Assembly: GCA_004431415.1 (NCBI GenBank)
Contig: QPMI01000517.1
Coordinates: forward strand, 136,676 to 200,675
Length of the DNA stretch: 64,000 nt
Source: Cyanophora paradoxa CCMP329
Lineage: Eukaryota > Plantae > Glaucophyta
Direction of reading: 5' to 3'
Each line of letters starts with the position of its first letter. The stretch's first letter is position 1. A model generated the notes under the pieces. That model saw only the letters and a list, made by a program, of their open reading frames with translations. It was not told the DNA's origin and did no database searches. Shown in pieces: positions 1 through 10,510 of the stretch. The translations under genes were made by a program, and so were the position numbers.

Positions 1-1
1 C

Positions 2-3000
2 GACGACCTCTTCTGGGGCGACTTCGCCGACCCCGCCGATGTTCCTGAACCCGACATCGCCCTCCCTCTCTCCCCCCTTTCGGCCCTTCTCTCCAGCCCC
101 GCTCACCCCTACGCCATAATCCGCCTTTATACCGTTGGAGAACCAGCCCCCATCGACGCGCTTGCCGGCTTGCTCCGGATTTTAGCCGACCGTCGTGCTC
201 CCCTCGACCAGCCGCCCAGCCCTGGCTACCACACCATACTAGAAGAAGCTAGGACGGCGGCTTTCCTAGAACTACGACAATGGTCTGGCCGCTACCTCCC
301 TGAACTGGGAGTTTCCGAAATCGCGGCCCTTGTCCCTCTTGAGACCGCCCGCTCCCTCTTCCATGCTTCTCTTCCTCTCTCATACCAGGCTACCAAGGCG
401 GCGATCCTCGCGAGCTCCGCGGGTCAGCCGGCCCTCCTCCTCCACCACCCCCTCTCGACCCACATTGAACGCCACGACCTTATCTTCCTGGTCCTCCGCC
501 TCTCTGACCTAGACCTCCCCGCCCCCGACCCCGAAACTCTTCGCCGCACTCTTCAAGCCCTCCTCGTCGGCCCCCCGGGCACCCTCGCTGCTCTCCGTCC
601 CCTCGGCCTCCTCTGTACCTCGTCCCTGGCCATCCTCGCCGTCCCATCCATTCTCTACGACCAGCTCCCTCCTCCCGCGCCCTACGCAGACCACCCCCCG
701 ACCCCGATCACTGCTCTCCTCCGCCCCATCCCCCGCGCCGCCCCTTACTATCAGACTCCCAGCCCGTCTCTCGCCGCCTGGGAACTCTTCCGCAGCGACC
801 GCCCCACCTATACCCCCCTCTCTCCCGCTGCTATCCAGCAGACAACGTGCCAACGCTGCGTTTCGACACCTGCTTTCCTCGCCAGCGCGGCCTGGCTCCA
901 CTCCACACGGCAGTGCCCGGTACGCCCCCCAGACCCCTCCCCCTCCTCCCGTGCTTACCCCGCCCCCAGCTACACCCCTGAAGACCCCCCTCCCCCCCCT
1001 TCCTCCCCTCCCCCGCCCCGGAGTTACCCCCCCGAGCGTGTCCCCCCCTCACGCTCCTCCCTACCCGCTATACGCTGGGAACTGTACATAATGTTTCATA
1101 CCCTTTTCGTCTCTTCCGTGACCAATCGCACCCGCACCACCACCTCCCGGCCGTCGTTGCATCCTCCTCGCCCCCCTGCCCCCCCAGCGCCCCCTAGCGC
1201 CCAAACTCCCACGCACATCGAGCCCCACCAGACCAGCAGCATCGTAATGCAAAATTCCAAATTGCGTGGATACAGCCGGCCGTGCCCCATCTCCTCCTGG
1301 CACAACGGGGACCGGACCCCTCCTTTAGTGAGAGTCCAGCAGCTCCACCAATACTCGAGCCGCGGCCCGCAGAGCCGCCCCTCGGGTGGGAAAGACCATC
1401 TGAGCAACGGAAGCGCTAGCGTTGAGGCGGCCCACGGCACACAGCCGCCAAGGACACCGCTCAGATCCACCCCCGCGCAGAACGGGCACTATCCCCTCGA
1501 AGCCTGCCACCTCCACAGCCTCCACGGTCACCTCGGTCGCCACCCGCAACAACGCCTGCACATCGCCCAGATCCAACAACAACCTGCCGCGCGTAGCCGC
1601 GAAGCAGCGCAGCTCCACCTCCACGAAATCACTGCTCAATTGCACGATGTAGTCGCTCTGCAGATACTCCTTAGCCCGATGCGCCACGTCGCCCACAACG
1701 GACATGTACTCGAGGCGACGCAGCACTTCAGCGTCCGGCTGCAGCCCGCCCTGCGCACGCGAACTCAGCCACGAACGCCGCTCTCACAGATTACTGGCAC
1801 GCACATGCCGGCACCTCCCAGGAAACGCTCTCCAGAGAACTGCCCCGATGTCCCGCCTCACGATCACAGGCCCAACAAAGCGCACTTCCTCGTCCGACCC
1901 GCTCCCACTACCACGCTCCTCTACAACCCCGGCAGCCGGGACGGCTCTCACACCGGGGACTGCCATTCCTGGGGGAACCGGTACCCCTGCTCCCCTTACC
2001 CCCCCTGCTCCCTCCGTAGACTCAGCGAATCCGCATCCACACACCCAGCCCCGTGCAACCAGATGGGGGACTTTATCGATATCTATTACGAGCTCCAGCT
2101 CATTCTCCCGTCGGAGCATGCCGCCATGACCCGCCTACAGAAGCACGCGACAGACCTGGCGAAGGACCCGGAGGCTGCTAGACATCTCACCAGCCTTTCC
2201 GTACAGCAGCCACGCCACCGCTCGTCCGCCACCACTACTCGCTTTCTTGGCCCGGTCGACAGCGCCCCCCGTCACGCGTGGCACGCTGGGCTCCGCCACT
2301 TCGGCCTCCAGGAATTTGCACCGGCTCACGCCCAATACATAGCCGCAGCCATGGCAGCCGTGATAGAAACAGCGGAACGCCCGCTCACTACACTAGCCCC
2401 GTCTCCCGAGCCAGGACTACAGCTAAACAGCCTGATCCTGTCGGCCCTCAGCGATCTCTTGGATCTCGCAGCGCTCACAGGCGACGTCTTCGCCTACGAT
2501 GTCCCCTGGAAGCACCTCACAGCCCGTCCTTTCGCCTCACAGGACGCGATCCAAACCTTCAAGAACGCGGCGTTCCGCCAAGGCTACATCAAGGTCGCAA
2601 TCACCAAAGCCTTCATCGACCATGAGACCACTCTCCACGCGCTTCACCCGACCGGCACGATCACGTCCAGCACGTACATCCATGCGGATCACCCGGGCAC
2701 CACCCGCACCGGCCGGTCGGAACGCGCCTCAATCACATTGGCCCTCGCCTTCCTCGATGCGGCACTATCCCGTGCCCACCATCTTGAGAAATTCCTCCGC
2801 CGCGCCTTTTCCCTCCTTAACTGCCGTCAATTTCCCTACGCGGTCAGCTGCACCCCCTCCCCCGGCCCCTCACACCCGGTACTAATCCCCGCCTCAGACC
2901 GCTACCCTGGCTCCCTGGCTCTTTGGTCCGACCCAATCGACACCCCTCACCCCCACTCCCAGCACGAGCTGACCCCGGCCCGCACAGGCTTCCCGCGCAC

Positions 3001-6000
3001 CATCAACACCTTTTCCGGAGCACTGCGAGACCTCCGCCGCCACTTCGTCCCGGGCCAGGGCACCACTGCAGAATACCGCCAGGCTATCTTTGCCTCGGAT
3101 CTCGCCCCTGCGACCCACACTCTCATTTTGGAAACGTGGCTGACTCTAGTCCTCCGCTATGGTATTAGCGCTGCAATCCAGAGCCGACCCCTCCCCGCCA
3201 TCTTCCTCGCATCCATCCCTACCCAACTTGGGGACCTCCACCGCGGGTTTGCCCCACCCGATTTCCCCAACACCACGTACTCCCTCTCACCCTCACCCAC
3301 AGATGGACCCGTGTGTCCCCCCGCACGAAGGAATGGATCCGTCTTCTCTCAGGCGAAAGTCCCGGGGGCCCGTCCCGTTCCCCTCGCATCTCCCTCTAAC
3401 CGACCCAGACCCCTTCACCCTCCCCTCCCCCCCCTCGACTGTCCCACACTCTGCTCTTCCAATCCCCTGTCATGTTCGGAAACAATATGGCAATCCCGAG
3501 CAGACACTGCCCTTTCGCTACTCCTCCGCGCCGTACCCGCCGGAATGAGCCCTGCACCCTACCCGCCCCCGACACCCCGCACGATAGAGCCCCCACACGC
3601 CGGAAAGCCGCCGTCGCGCCTCCGCAAGCCGCCCGCCCCGCTTCCGATCGTGTCAGCCCCAGACGCCCTGCGGACGGCGGCCGGTCTCCCCGCCGCCCGC
3701 CACCGCACTAGGGCCGAAGCACCAGGGCCCCAATGGACGTCGGCGTCGGACCCCCGAACACCACTCGCCCCGCCCCCGCCCGCGCCAGCCCCGCGCGACC
3801 TGCAGGACACCCTCAACCTCCCCGACGTGCAAAGCCGAGCGCGGGCCGACGGACCTTTGCCTGAAGCGAAACCGCCGTCGGGCCCCCGACCGCCAACCGC
3901 CCCACCCCCGCCCACGCCAGCCCTGCGCGACCCGCAGGACGCCCTCAGCCTCCCTGACGCCCAAAGCCGCGCGAGGGCCGCTGGACCGGCGCCTGAGGCG
4001 AGACCGTCGTCGGGCGCTCGTGCGCCGCCCGCCCCGTCCCCGCCCGCACCAGCCCCGCGTGACGTGCGGGACGTCCCCAACCTCCCCGACGCCCAGAGCC
4101 GCGCGAGGGCCGCTGGACCGGCGCCTGCGGCGAGACCATCGTCAGGCCCTCGCGCTTCGCCCACCTCGCCCCCGCCCGAGCCAGCCCCGCGCGACCTGCA
4201 AGACACCCTCAGCCTCCCCGACGCCCAAAGCCGCGCGAGGGCCGACGGACCGGCACCCGAGGCGAGACCGCCGTCGGGCCCCCGAATGCTGCCCGCCCTG
4301 CCCCCGCCCGCGCCAGCCCCGCGCGACCTGCAAGCCACCCCCAGCCTCCCCGACGCCCAAAGTCGCGAGAGGACCGACGGACCCGCGTCTGCGGCGCGAC
4401 CGCCGCTGGGCCCTCGAGCGCCGCCCGCCCCACCCCCGCCCGCGCCAGCCCTGCGCGACCCACAGGACGCCCTCAGCCTCCCCGACGCGCAAAGCCGAGC
4501 GCGGGCCGACGGACCGGCACCTGAAGCGAGACCGCCGTCGGGCCCTCGAGTTCTGCCCGCCCCGCCCCCGCCCGCGCCAGTCCTGCGCGACCCGCAGGAC
4601 GCCCCCAGCCTCCCTGACGCCCAAAGCCGCGCGAGGGCCGATGGCCCTGCGCCTGAGGCGAGACTGTCGTCGGGCGCCCGTGCTGACGGACCTGGACCTG
4701 AAGTGAAGCCGCCGCCGGGCCCCCGCGCGCCGCCCGTCTCGCCCCCGCTCGCGCCGGCGCCGCGCGACCTACAGACCGCTGTCGGCCTCCCCGCGGCCCG
4801 GCGCCACACTCGTGCCGACGGACCAGGACCTGCGGTGAAGCCGCAGCCGAGCCCCAGCGCGTCGCCCGTCTCGCCTTCGCCCGCGCCGGCGCAGCGCGAC
4901 CTGCAGGACGCGGTCGGCTCCCCCGCTGCCCCGCCCCGCGCCCGTGCTGACGGACCTGGACCTGCAGTGAAACCACCGCCGGGCCCCCGCGCGCCGCCCG
5001 CCTCGCCCCCGCTCGCGCCGGCGCCGCGCGACCTGCAGACCGCTGTCGGCCTCCCCGCTGCCCGGCGTTGCGCTCGTGCCAACGGACCTGGACCTGAGGT
5101 GACGCCGCCGCCGAGCCCCAGCGCGTCACCCATCTCGCCTCCGCCCACGCCGGCGCCGCGCGACCTGCAGGACGCTGTCGGCTTTCCTGCTGCCCGGCGC
5201 CGCGCCCGCGCTGACGGACCTGGACCTAAAGTGAAGCCGCCGCCGGGCCCCAGCGCGCCGCCCGTCTCGCCTCCGCCCGCGCCGGCGCCGCGCGACCTGC
5301 AGGACGCGGTCGGCCTCCCCGCCGCCCGGCGCCGCGCCCGCGCTGACGGACCTGGACCTGAAGAGAAGCCGCCACCGGGACTCAGAGCGCCGCCCGCCTC
5401 GCCTCCGCCCACGCCGCGCGACCTGCAGGACGCTGTTGGCCCGGCGGCTCGGTGCCGCGCCCGAGACGACTGTCCGATCCCTAGAGCAAACCTAGGGTTG
5501 CAGAAGTGTCCCGGAGGCCCGTCTGCAACGCCTCGCCCGTCGAACGCGTCGCCAGGCACGCCGCAAGAAGTCACTCCCCGTCGTGCTACTGTTGTCGCTG
5601 CCGCGCCACGCCGCGCTGCCCGCCTCGGCATTCAGCAGGCCGCGCAAGTACTTTCGCAGCTCAGTCGCCGTGTCTGCATCTGGAGCACCTTATGGACCAC
5701 TGTCGCTAGACCGCGCTACGGCATGCTCCAGAACTTGATCGCTGGACCGGAGCACGGAAGCCCCATCAGAGCCGTCGCATACCGCAGTGGCCGGTGGAGC
5801 ATCCCTCCCCAGTCGGAACGTCCCAGGGCCCCGGACGAAACTGCGCCTACCGGTACCCCCACCGCGTGCCGTCAAAAAACTCCAACGCGAACAGGCTTTT
5901 TTATTCATTCGATTTGTGAGTCGGACAATGATTCGAAGCGGCCCAGTGCCTCCGCACTCCGCGATTGGGGCTGGAATAACTGCACTATAGCTAGTACCAC

Positions 6001-9000
6001 TAACCCCGCGTACGGCCACGTGCCAGGGCCTAGCTGTAACACCGATACTACCATTGCAGGTTACGCAGCTAGCACTGGCGCCCACGCTAGTGCTGGCCCC
6101 ACCAACGCCGGCGCCTCAAGCTCAGACGCTGCGCTGCATGACGCCGAGAGCTGTCGTACGAACCACGCGTACGGATCAGGACGTGTACTAGCTATGTGTA
6201 CGGCTGCGTACCTCGCAGTCAGCCCCCGCGCTAGTGCCCACGTGCACGCTAGCGCTGGCCCCGCCGGCGCAGGCGACACGGACTCTGCGCCGCTTGACGT
6301 CGACGCCGGTCTCGAACCCCTGGGCCGGCGCCGGACCGCGCGCCGCGCCCCACAAGCCCAACGGTCCTTCAGCCGCCCGGCCCCTCTCCCCACACGCCTC
6401 CTCCTCTGTGTTCTCCTCGCCGCCCTTGTCCCCGTCGCCCTTGCGGACATCGAGCCCAGCACAGCAACGGCCGCCGCAGTCGCTACCGCCGCCGCCGCCC
6501 TCTCCTCTCCGACACTAGTCACGGCGGCCTCGTCCCTTCTAACATTATACCCTCCCTCTCTGTACACCGCTGACCGAATTGACGCCCGCCACCACCGAGA
6601 TGCGCTCCAGATCCCTGTCCTAGCACACCCCCCGGACGCGGCAAATGCGAAGCTGAACCTCCGCGCCCTCACGTGGAATATTCGCCGCTTGGAGGGGAAG
6701 GCGAGCGGCAACAATATTGCAACTAAATTTATCAGCGCAATTGACTATGGCCGCCGTGACTGGGACTGCCACTTCGTTGCTCTTCAAGAGGTCGACATGG
6801 TCCCTACCGACCGCCCCCCCTCGAAGCCCTTTCCGCCCAATATCCGCGATCACCTGATTCAGACAGCAGTCCGCCGCCATAAATCTAGCTACCTTGTCTA
6901 CTCTCCTCCATCCGCGGCCCGTCCTGGCACCGCCGGCTCCGCGCTGTGGATCTCAGCAAGCTATGCAGCGCACCGCCAGGCGGATTACGCGTTTGACGGC
7001 CGAGTAGCCGGCGCTCGCTTTGACTTCCCGCGCACGCGCGAGCGCCTCATTGTCCTCTCACTCTACGTGCCGGACTGCGGGCACGACAATTTGCAAAAAG
7101 AGCTCCACGACCTCACCGAATACCTGACCGCGAAGGTCGCACCCGACATCCACGAACCTGACTGGCAGACGCATCTCCTGGTACTCGGCGATATGAATAG
7201 CACATACTCTCCGTGCAACGACCGGATCACTGGGGGCAACCGGCGCACTGAAACTACCCCCCCGAACTCCTACGCAGAAATATGGACCCTTTTCCGCGAG
7301 ACCTGGGGTCTTTGTGATACCGGAACCCCGGGCGATTTCACACACGTTTCCCGCCACGCCGACTTTCTTGACGACCAGGGCCACCGCCCCCTCCTGGACG
7401 CCGCCCGCATCGACTACGCCCTTGCCTCCCCCACTCTCGCGGCCCGATCACTAGGGACTCGCACACTCTATGTCCCTGGCCGACCGTCCCCTTTACTCAC
7501 AGCCGACCATCTCCCCGTACTTGCGACCTTCAAAACCGAAGGCGTGCTCTCTGCCCCCCCTACGGAGCCCCGCCAGCCCCGACCCCAACCTCTCCCTCCT
7601 CTCTTCAACTATGCCGCCCAACCTGCACCCATCCGGCTTGCTTTCAAGCTCGCTGTCGAAACTTTTCTCAATAAACACGGCCAGCGGTATATCCAGCTCC
7701 TTCTCACTCCCGAGAACAGCCCCGACTACGCCCAACGCGCCACGAAATCCCACCGCTCCCTCCTCTGTGCTATCGCCCAAAGTATCAAGTCCGTCGCCCA
7801 CTCTCAAGAATTCTCTACTGCTAAAGTCCTCCAACACCGCGTCGCTGCTCAGGGAGATATGGCTAAGTTCAACCATCTATCTGCACTGGACGCTGACGAC
7901 GAACAACTCGTTGGCCGCGTTGGACAGGCCTTACACGACTGGGCGCACCAAGGCTCCACAGACCACCCGCCTGACGAAACTATCCGGGCTGTCCTCCGGG
8001 ACCTTCCCAAAGACGTGACGGACATCCGAAAAGCTGCGGGCTCGGACACCACACTGGCTTTCTGCCCCTCCCTCCTCGCTTTCCCCGACCCTCCTAATTA
8101 CCCTGAATTCGAGAATGGTACCATTACAGGCTCTGAAATCGCCGAGTACCATACTCAACTAAGTACATGGCACTTACAGGCGCGGGCCGCCCTGGACAAT
8201 CATCGCCGTGCATATACCGAAGCCGACATTGCTCGCAATATTGACACCCGCCGCCACCTCCTGTCCCACTGTCGAAGTATGGGTCGGGCTATTCAACTCC
8301 TCCTCTCCCGTTTCCGATCCGCCCCCCGCCTATACCTTACCCGCACGGCAGCGGGACTACCCGAAGTGCTCACCGATCCCAATGAAATTAAACGCGCACA
8401 TCTGGATCACTTCAAAAATTTCTGGCGACTCCGCAAGGCTGCCCCAAACCTGGATGCCATAGCTACGAAATTCGCGGACATTGAAAACGGCGCCTGGTTG
8501 GGCAGATTTTGGAAACGCCAGTACCGACCCCTTTCCCACTTCACCCCCGCCGTCTGGGACGGACTAATGGCCATGCCAGAAGACCCCGAACTCGATCGCC
8601 TCATCTCGTCCCTGTCCAATGGCGCAGGCGGTCCCTCCGGCCTCACGAACGGAATGATTAAAATGCTCTGGTCCCCCCTCCGCCTCTCCAAGACGGAACG
8701 CCAGGCCTTAGCCGCCTCACACTCTACAGACGAGATCACCAGCTTCGAGTCCGCGGCTCACTGGACCACCTCGCGCGACGCCATCCGAGCTCTAGTTCAA
8801 TCCACTCTTCTCGGCCACGTGCCCGACCACGCACTTCGCGGTCAAGTCTACGCTATCCCGAAACGTGATAATTCAGCAGATCTTGCCGATCTCCGCCCCA
8901 TCACCCTTCAAGAAGTCACCTGGAAGCTGGTCACGGGCCTCCTGACCCACCGCATGGAAGACCGTATTGATACACATAACATTCTACGCGGCCGCAACTA

Positions 9001-10042
9001 TGGCTTTTGTCGCCGCGAATCTACCGACCCTGTTCTCTACGCCCTCCGATCCTCCCTCGAGGACGCGCACCAGTTCAAAAAGCCAATCTTCGGCGGCCTG
9101 GGGGATATTGCCAGCGCCTACGACAGTGTCTCCTGGCATAGCCAAGAGCTCAGCCTTAATCGTATCCAACTCCACCTCCATCCTGAAGGGAAACGATACA
9201 TAGCCCTCCACAAAAAAGCAGCTCAGCACCGCACGGCGTGCATCCTTACCCCCCACGGCCGCACGGAATATTTTCAAGTCCCCTGTGGCCTCCCCCAAGG
9301 AGGCATCGAAGCCCCTCTCCACTGGCGCATTTTCTTCGACGCCGCTCTCACCGCCATCGAAGATCGAGCGACTCAGTCCAATTTCGGATACCAACTCGGG
9401 CCGCACCGATCTGACCCTACCCGCCCCCGTTCCCCCCGCCCACCATGCCCTGGCGAACCCCTCTACTTCCCCTCCGGTCCCTGCCCCACAGTCTCTGTGC
9501 TCGCATACGCCGATGACACCACCATGCTTGCCAGCTCGGCTCAGGGTCTCCAACATATGCTTGACTGGCTGTCCGAATTTCTCCATATCCATGGCATGAA
9601 CTTGAACGCCAAAAAGACGGAAATTTTCCACTGGAAACCCCCCCGATCCGAAGCGCCAGTCAAGAGCAAATACTATGTCGGCGTCGGCGATTCCAGAGCT
9701 GAGGTTGGCCACATCCTCTCCCCCACAACACCATTCCGCGTCCTCGGCGTCCAGTTTACTGCGAACCTGTCTTGGACCCACCAAGTCCGTCTACTCAAGT
9801 CCCAGCTCCAGTCCGCAATCTCCGTTCTAGCCACAAAGAAGATTACCGTTCACGAATTCCAAGTGATACTACACCGGGTTCTCTTCCCTAAACTGGCATA
9901 CCCTCTCCGCATCATGACCTTAACGTCATCCCAATGCCAATCCTCGACGCTGTCTGGCTCACCGCGGCCAAACACACGGCCAACCTGGCCCAGTCCGTAT
10001 CCACGGCTGCCTTCTCTTCCATCTATCGCCTTCCCTCACTAG
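2..10042 (+). CDS. LINE-A polyprotein part 1: unknown N-terminal region, 44-aa Pro-rich repeats, AP endonuclease (~6650-7530), reverse transcriptase (~8830-9780)
   Basis: APE motifs TWNIRRL, ALQEVD, LGDMNS, RIDYAL, ADHLP. RT motifs RPITLQE, NYGF, DIASAYDSV, GLPQGG, YADD (9506-9517), LGVQF. The homologous frame continues via a frameshift near 9938. Confidence 0.92.
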   Translation, partial: DDLFWGDFADPADVPEPDIALPLSPLSALLSSPAHPYAIIRLYTVGEPAPIDALAGLLRILADRRAPLDQPPSPGYHTILEEARTAAFLELRQWSGRYLPELGVSEIAALVPLETARSLFHASLPLSYQATKAAILASSAGQPALLLHHPLSTHIERHDLIFLVLRLSDLDLPAPDPETLRRTLQALLVGPPGTLAALRPLGLLCTSSLAILAVPSILYDQLPPPAPYADHPPTPITALLRPIPRAAPYYQTPSPSLAAWELFRSDRPTYTPLSPAAIQQTTCQRCVSTPAFLASAAWLHSTRQCPVRPPDPSPSSRAYPAPSYTPEDPPPPPSSPPPPRSYPPERVPPSRSSLPAIRWELYIMFHTLFVSSVTNRTRTTTSRPSLHPPRPPAPPAPPSAQTPTHIEPHQTSSIVMQNSKLRGYSRPCPISSWHNGDRTPPLVRVQQLHQYSSRGPQSRPSGGKDHLSNGSASVEAAHGTQPPRTPLRSTPAQNGHYPLEACHLHSLHGHLGRHPQQRLHIAQIQQQPAARSREAAQLHLHEITAQLHDVVALQILLSPMRHVAHNGHVLEATQHFSVRLQPALRTRTQPRTPLSQITGTHMPAPPRKRSPENCPDVPPHDHRPNKAHFLVRPAPTTTLLYNPGSRDGSHTGDCHSWGNRYPCSPYPPCSLRRLSESASTHPAPCNQMGDFIDIYYELQLILPSEHAAMTRLQKHATDLAKDPEAARHLTSLSVQQPRHRSSATTTRFLGPVDSAPRHAWHAGLRHFGLQEFAPAHAQYIAAAMAAVIETAERPLTTLAPSPEPGLQLNSLILSALSDLLDLAALTGDVFAYDVPWKHLTARPFASQDAIQTFKNAAFRQGYIKVAITKAFIDHETTLHALHPTGTITSSTYIHADHPGTTRTGRSERASITLALAFLDAALSRAHHLEKFLRRAFSLLNCRQFPYAVSCTPSPGPSHPVLIPASDRYPGSLALWSDPIDTPHPHSQHELTPARTGFPRTINTFSGALRDLRRHFVPGQGTTAEYRQAIFASDLAPATHTLILETWLTLVLRYGISAAIQSRPLPAIFLASIPTQLGDLHRGFAPPDFPNTTYSLSPSPTDGPVCPPARRNGSVFSQAKVPGARPVPLASPSNRPRPLHPPLPPLDCPTLCSSNPLSCSETIWQSRADTALSLLLRAVPAGMSPAPYPPPTPRTIEPPHAGKPPSRLRKPPAPLPIVSAPDALRTAAGLPAARHRTRAEAPGPQWTSASDPRTPLAPPPPAPAPRDLQDTLNLPDVQSRARADGPLPEAKPPSGPRPPTAPPPPTPALRDPQDALSLPDAQSRARAAGPAPEARPSSGARAPPAPSPPAPAPRDVRDVPNLPDAQSRARAAGPAPAARPSSGPRASPTSPPPEPAPRDLQDTLSLPDAQSRARADGPAPEARPPSGPRMLPALPPPAPAPRDLQATPSLPDAQSRERTDGPASAARPPLGPRAPPAPPPPAPALRDPQDALSLPDAQSRARADGPAPEARPPSGPRVLPAPPPPAPVLRDPQDAPSLPDAQSRARADGPAPEARLSSGARADGPGPEVKPPPGPRAPPVSPPLAPAPRDLQTAVGLPAARRHTRADGPGPAVKPQPSPSASPVSPSPAPAQRDLQDAVGSPAAPPRARADGPGPAVKPPPGPRAPPASPPLAPAPRDLQTAVGLPAARRCARANGPGPEVTPPPSPSASPISPPPTPAPRDLQDAVGFPAARRRARADGPGPKVKPPPGPSAPPVSPPPAPAPRDLQDAVGLPAARRRARADGPGPEEKPPPGLRAPPASPPPTPRDLQDAVGPAARCRARDDCPIPRANLGLQKCPGGPSATPRPSNASPGTPQEVTPRRATVVAAAPRRAARLGIQQAAQVLSQLSRRVCIWSTLWTTVARPRYGMLQNLIAGPEHGSPIRAVAYRSGRWSIPPQSERPRAPDETAPTGTPTACRQKTPTRTGFFIHSICESDNDSKRPSASALRDWGWNNCTIASTTNPAYGHVPGPSCNTDTTIAGYAASTGAHASAGPTNAGASSSDAALHDAESCRTNHAYGSGRVLAMCTAAYLAVSPRASAHVHASAGPAGAGDTDSAPLDVDAGLEPLGRRRTARRAPQAQRSFSRPAPLPTRLLLCVLLAALVPVALADIEPSTATAAAVATAAAALSSPTLVTAASSLLTLYPPSLYTADRIDARHHRDALQIPVLAHPPDAANAKLNLRALTWNIRRLEGKASGNNIATKFISAIDYGRRDWDCHFVALQEVDMVPTDRPPSKPFPPNIRDHLIQTAVRRHKSSYLVYSPPSAARPGTAGSALWISASYAAHRQADYAFDGRVAGARFDFPRTRERLIVLSLYVPDCGHDNLQKELHDLTEYLTAKVAPDIHEPDWQTHLLVLGDMNSTYSPCNDRITGGNRRTETTPPNSYAEIWTLFRETWGLCDTGTPGDFTHVSRHADFLDDQGHRPLLDAARIDYALASPTLAARSLGTRTLYVPGRPSPLLTADHLPVLATFKTEGVLSAPPTEPRQPRPQPLPPLFNYAAQPAPIRLAFKLAVETFLNKHGQRYIQLLLTPENSPDYAQRATKSHRSLLCAIAQSIKSVAHSQEFSTAKVLQHRVAAQGDMAKFNHLSALDADDEQLVGRVGQALHDWAHQGSTDHPPDETIRAVLRDLPKDVTDIRKAAGSDTTLAFCPSLLAFPDPPNYPEFENGTITGSEIAEYHTQLSTWHLQARAALDNHRRAYTEADIARNIDTRRHLLSHCRSMGRAIQLLLSRFRSAPRLYLTRTAAGLPEVLTDPNEIKRAHLDHFKNFWRLRKAAPNLDAIATKFADIENGAWLGRFWKRQYRPLSHFTPAVWDGLMAMPEDPELDRLISSLSNGAGGPSGLTNGMIKMLWSPLRLSKTERQALAASHSTDEITSFESAAHWTTSRDAIRALVQSTLLGHVPDHALRGQVYAIPKRDNSADLADLRPITLQEVTWKLVTGLLTHRMEDRIDTHNILRGRNYGFCRRESTDPVLYALRSSLEDAHQFKKPIFGGLGDIASAYDSVSWHSQELSLNRIQLHLHPEGKRYIALHKKAAQHRTACILTPHGRTEYFQVPCGLPQGGIEAPLHWRIFFDAALTAIEDRATQSNFGYQLGPHRSDPTRPRSPRPPCPGEPLYFPSGPCPTVSVLAYADDTTMLASSAQGLQHMLDWLSEFLHIHGMNLNAKKTEIFHWKPPRSEAPVKSKYYVGVGDSRAEVGHILSPTTPFRVLGVQFTANLSWTHQVRLLKSQLQSAISVLATKKITVHEFQVILHRVLFPKLAYPLRIMTLTSSQCQSSTLSGSPRPNTRPTWPSPYPRLPSLPSIAFPH
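3655..5465 (+). repeat. 132-bp (44-aa) coding tandem repeat, about 14 units in two subtypes
   Basis: The RDLQD motif recurs at ~3791, 3923, 4055, 4187, 4319, 4451, 4583 (LPDAQSRARA type), followed by AVGLPAARRRARADGPGP-type units. Confidence 0.93.
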
Positions 10043-10510
10043 CCGTCATCCAACGTCAACAGCAGTGCGTCGACGAGCGCCTCCGCCAGGAACTAGCCTC
10101 TCACACATCATCACTCTACGGCCAAATATACCGACAACGTGTCCTCGACACCCAGGCCCGATACGGGCTTCCCCTTCTCCCACACGAATATCCGAACCTC
10201 CCCTCGGGGCCCCTCACACTACAGAAAAATATTACGCTTGCCATCACGGCAGACCTGACCTCCACCTCCCATCACATCCTCACAACGTGCGACTCCTGGA
10301 CACATGGCCTCCCCTCCCGCCGATCCCATCTTCGACGAGAATATATTATATCAACGCAATTGTCGCCCCTCACCCTCCAACAAGCCGGTCAGCGACTCTA
10401 TCGCTGCGGCCTCCTCACAATCCGCGACATCACGGCCCCTGACGGCTCCCTTGCCGAATGGTCCCTCCTCTGGAGTCACGGCCGTGTCCCGGCATACTAC
10501 AAACGTGCCC
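9934..10510 (+). CDS. LINE-A polyprotein part 2 (post-RT region, frameshifted)
   Basis: ILDAVWLTAAKHTANLAQS aligns with LINE-B ELDRIWMRVVKHHGNLAAS. ITAPDGSLAEW aligns with VTAADGETLRTW. Confidence 0.8.

Noticed and set aside
1325-1726. Protein-like antisense ORF within LINE-A
   Set aside because: Short, bounded upstream by a stop, with no recognisable domain.
3559-5631. 690-aa minus-strand ORF
   Set aside because: Antisense shadow of the GC-rich 132-bp coding repeat.
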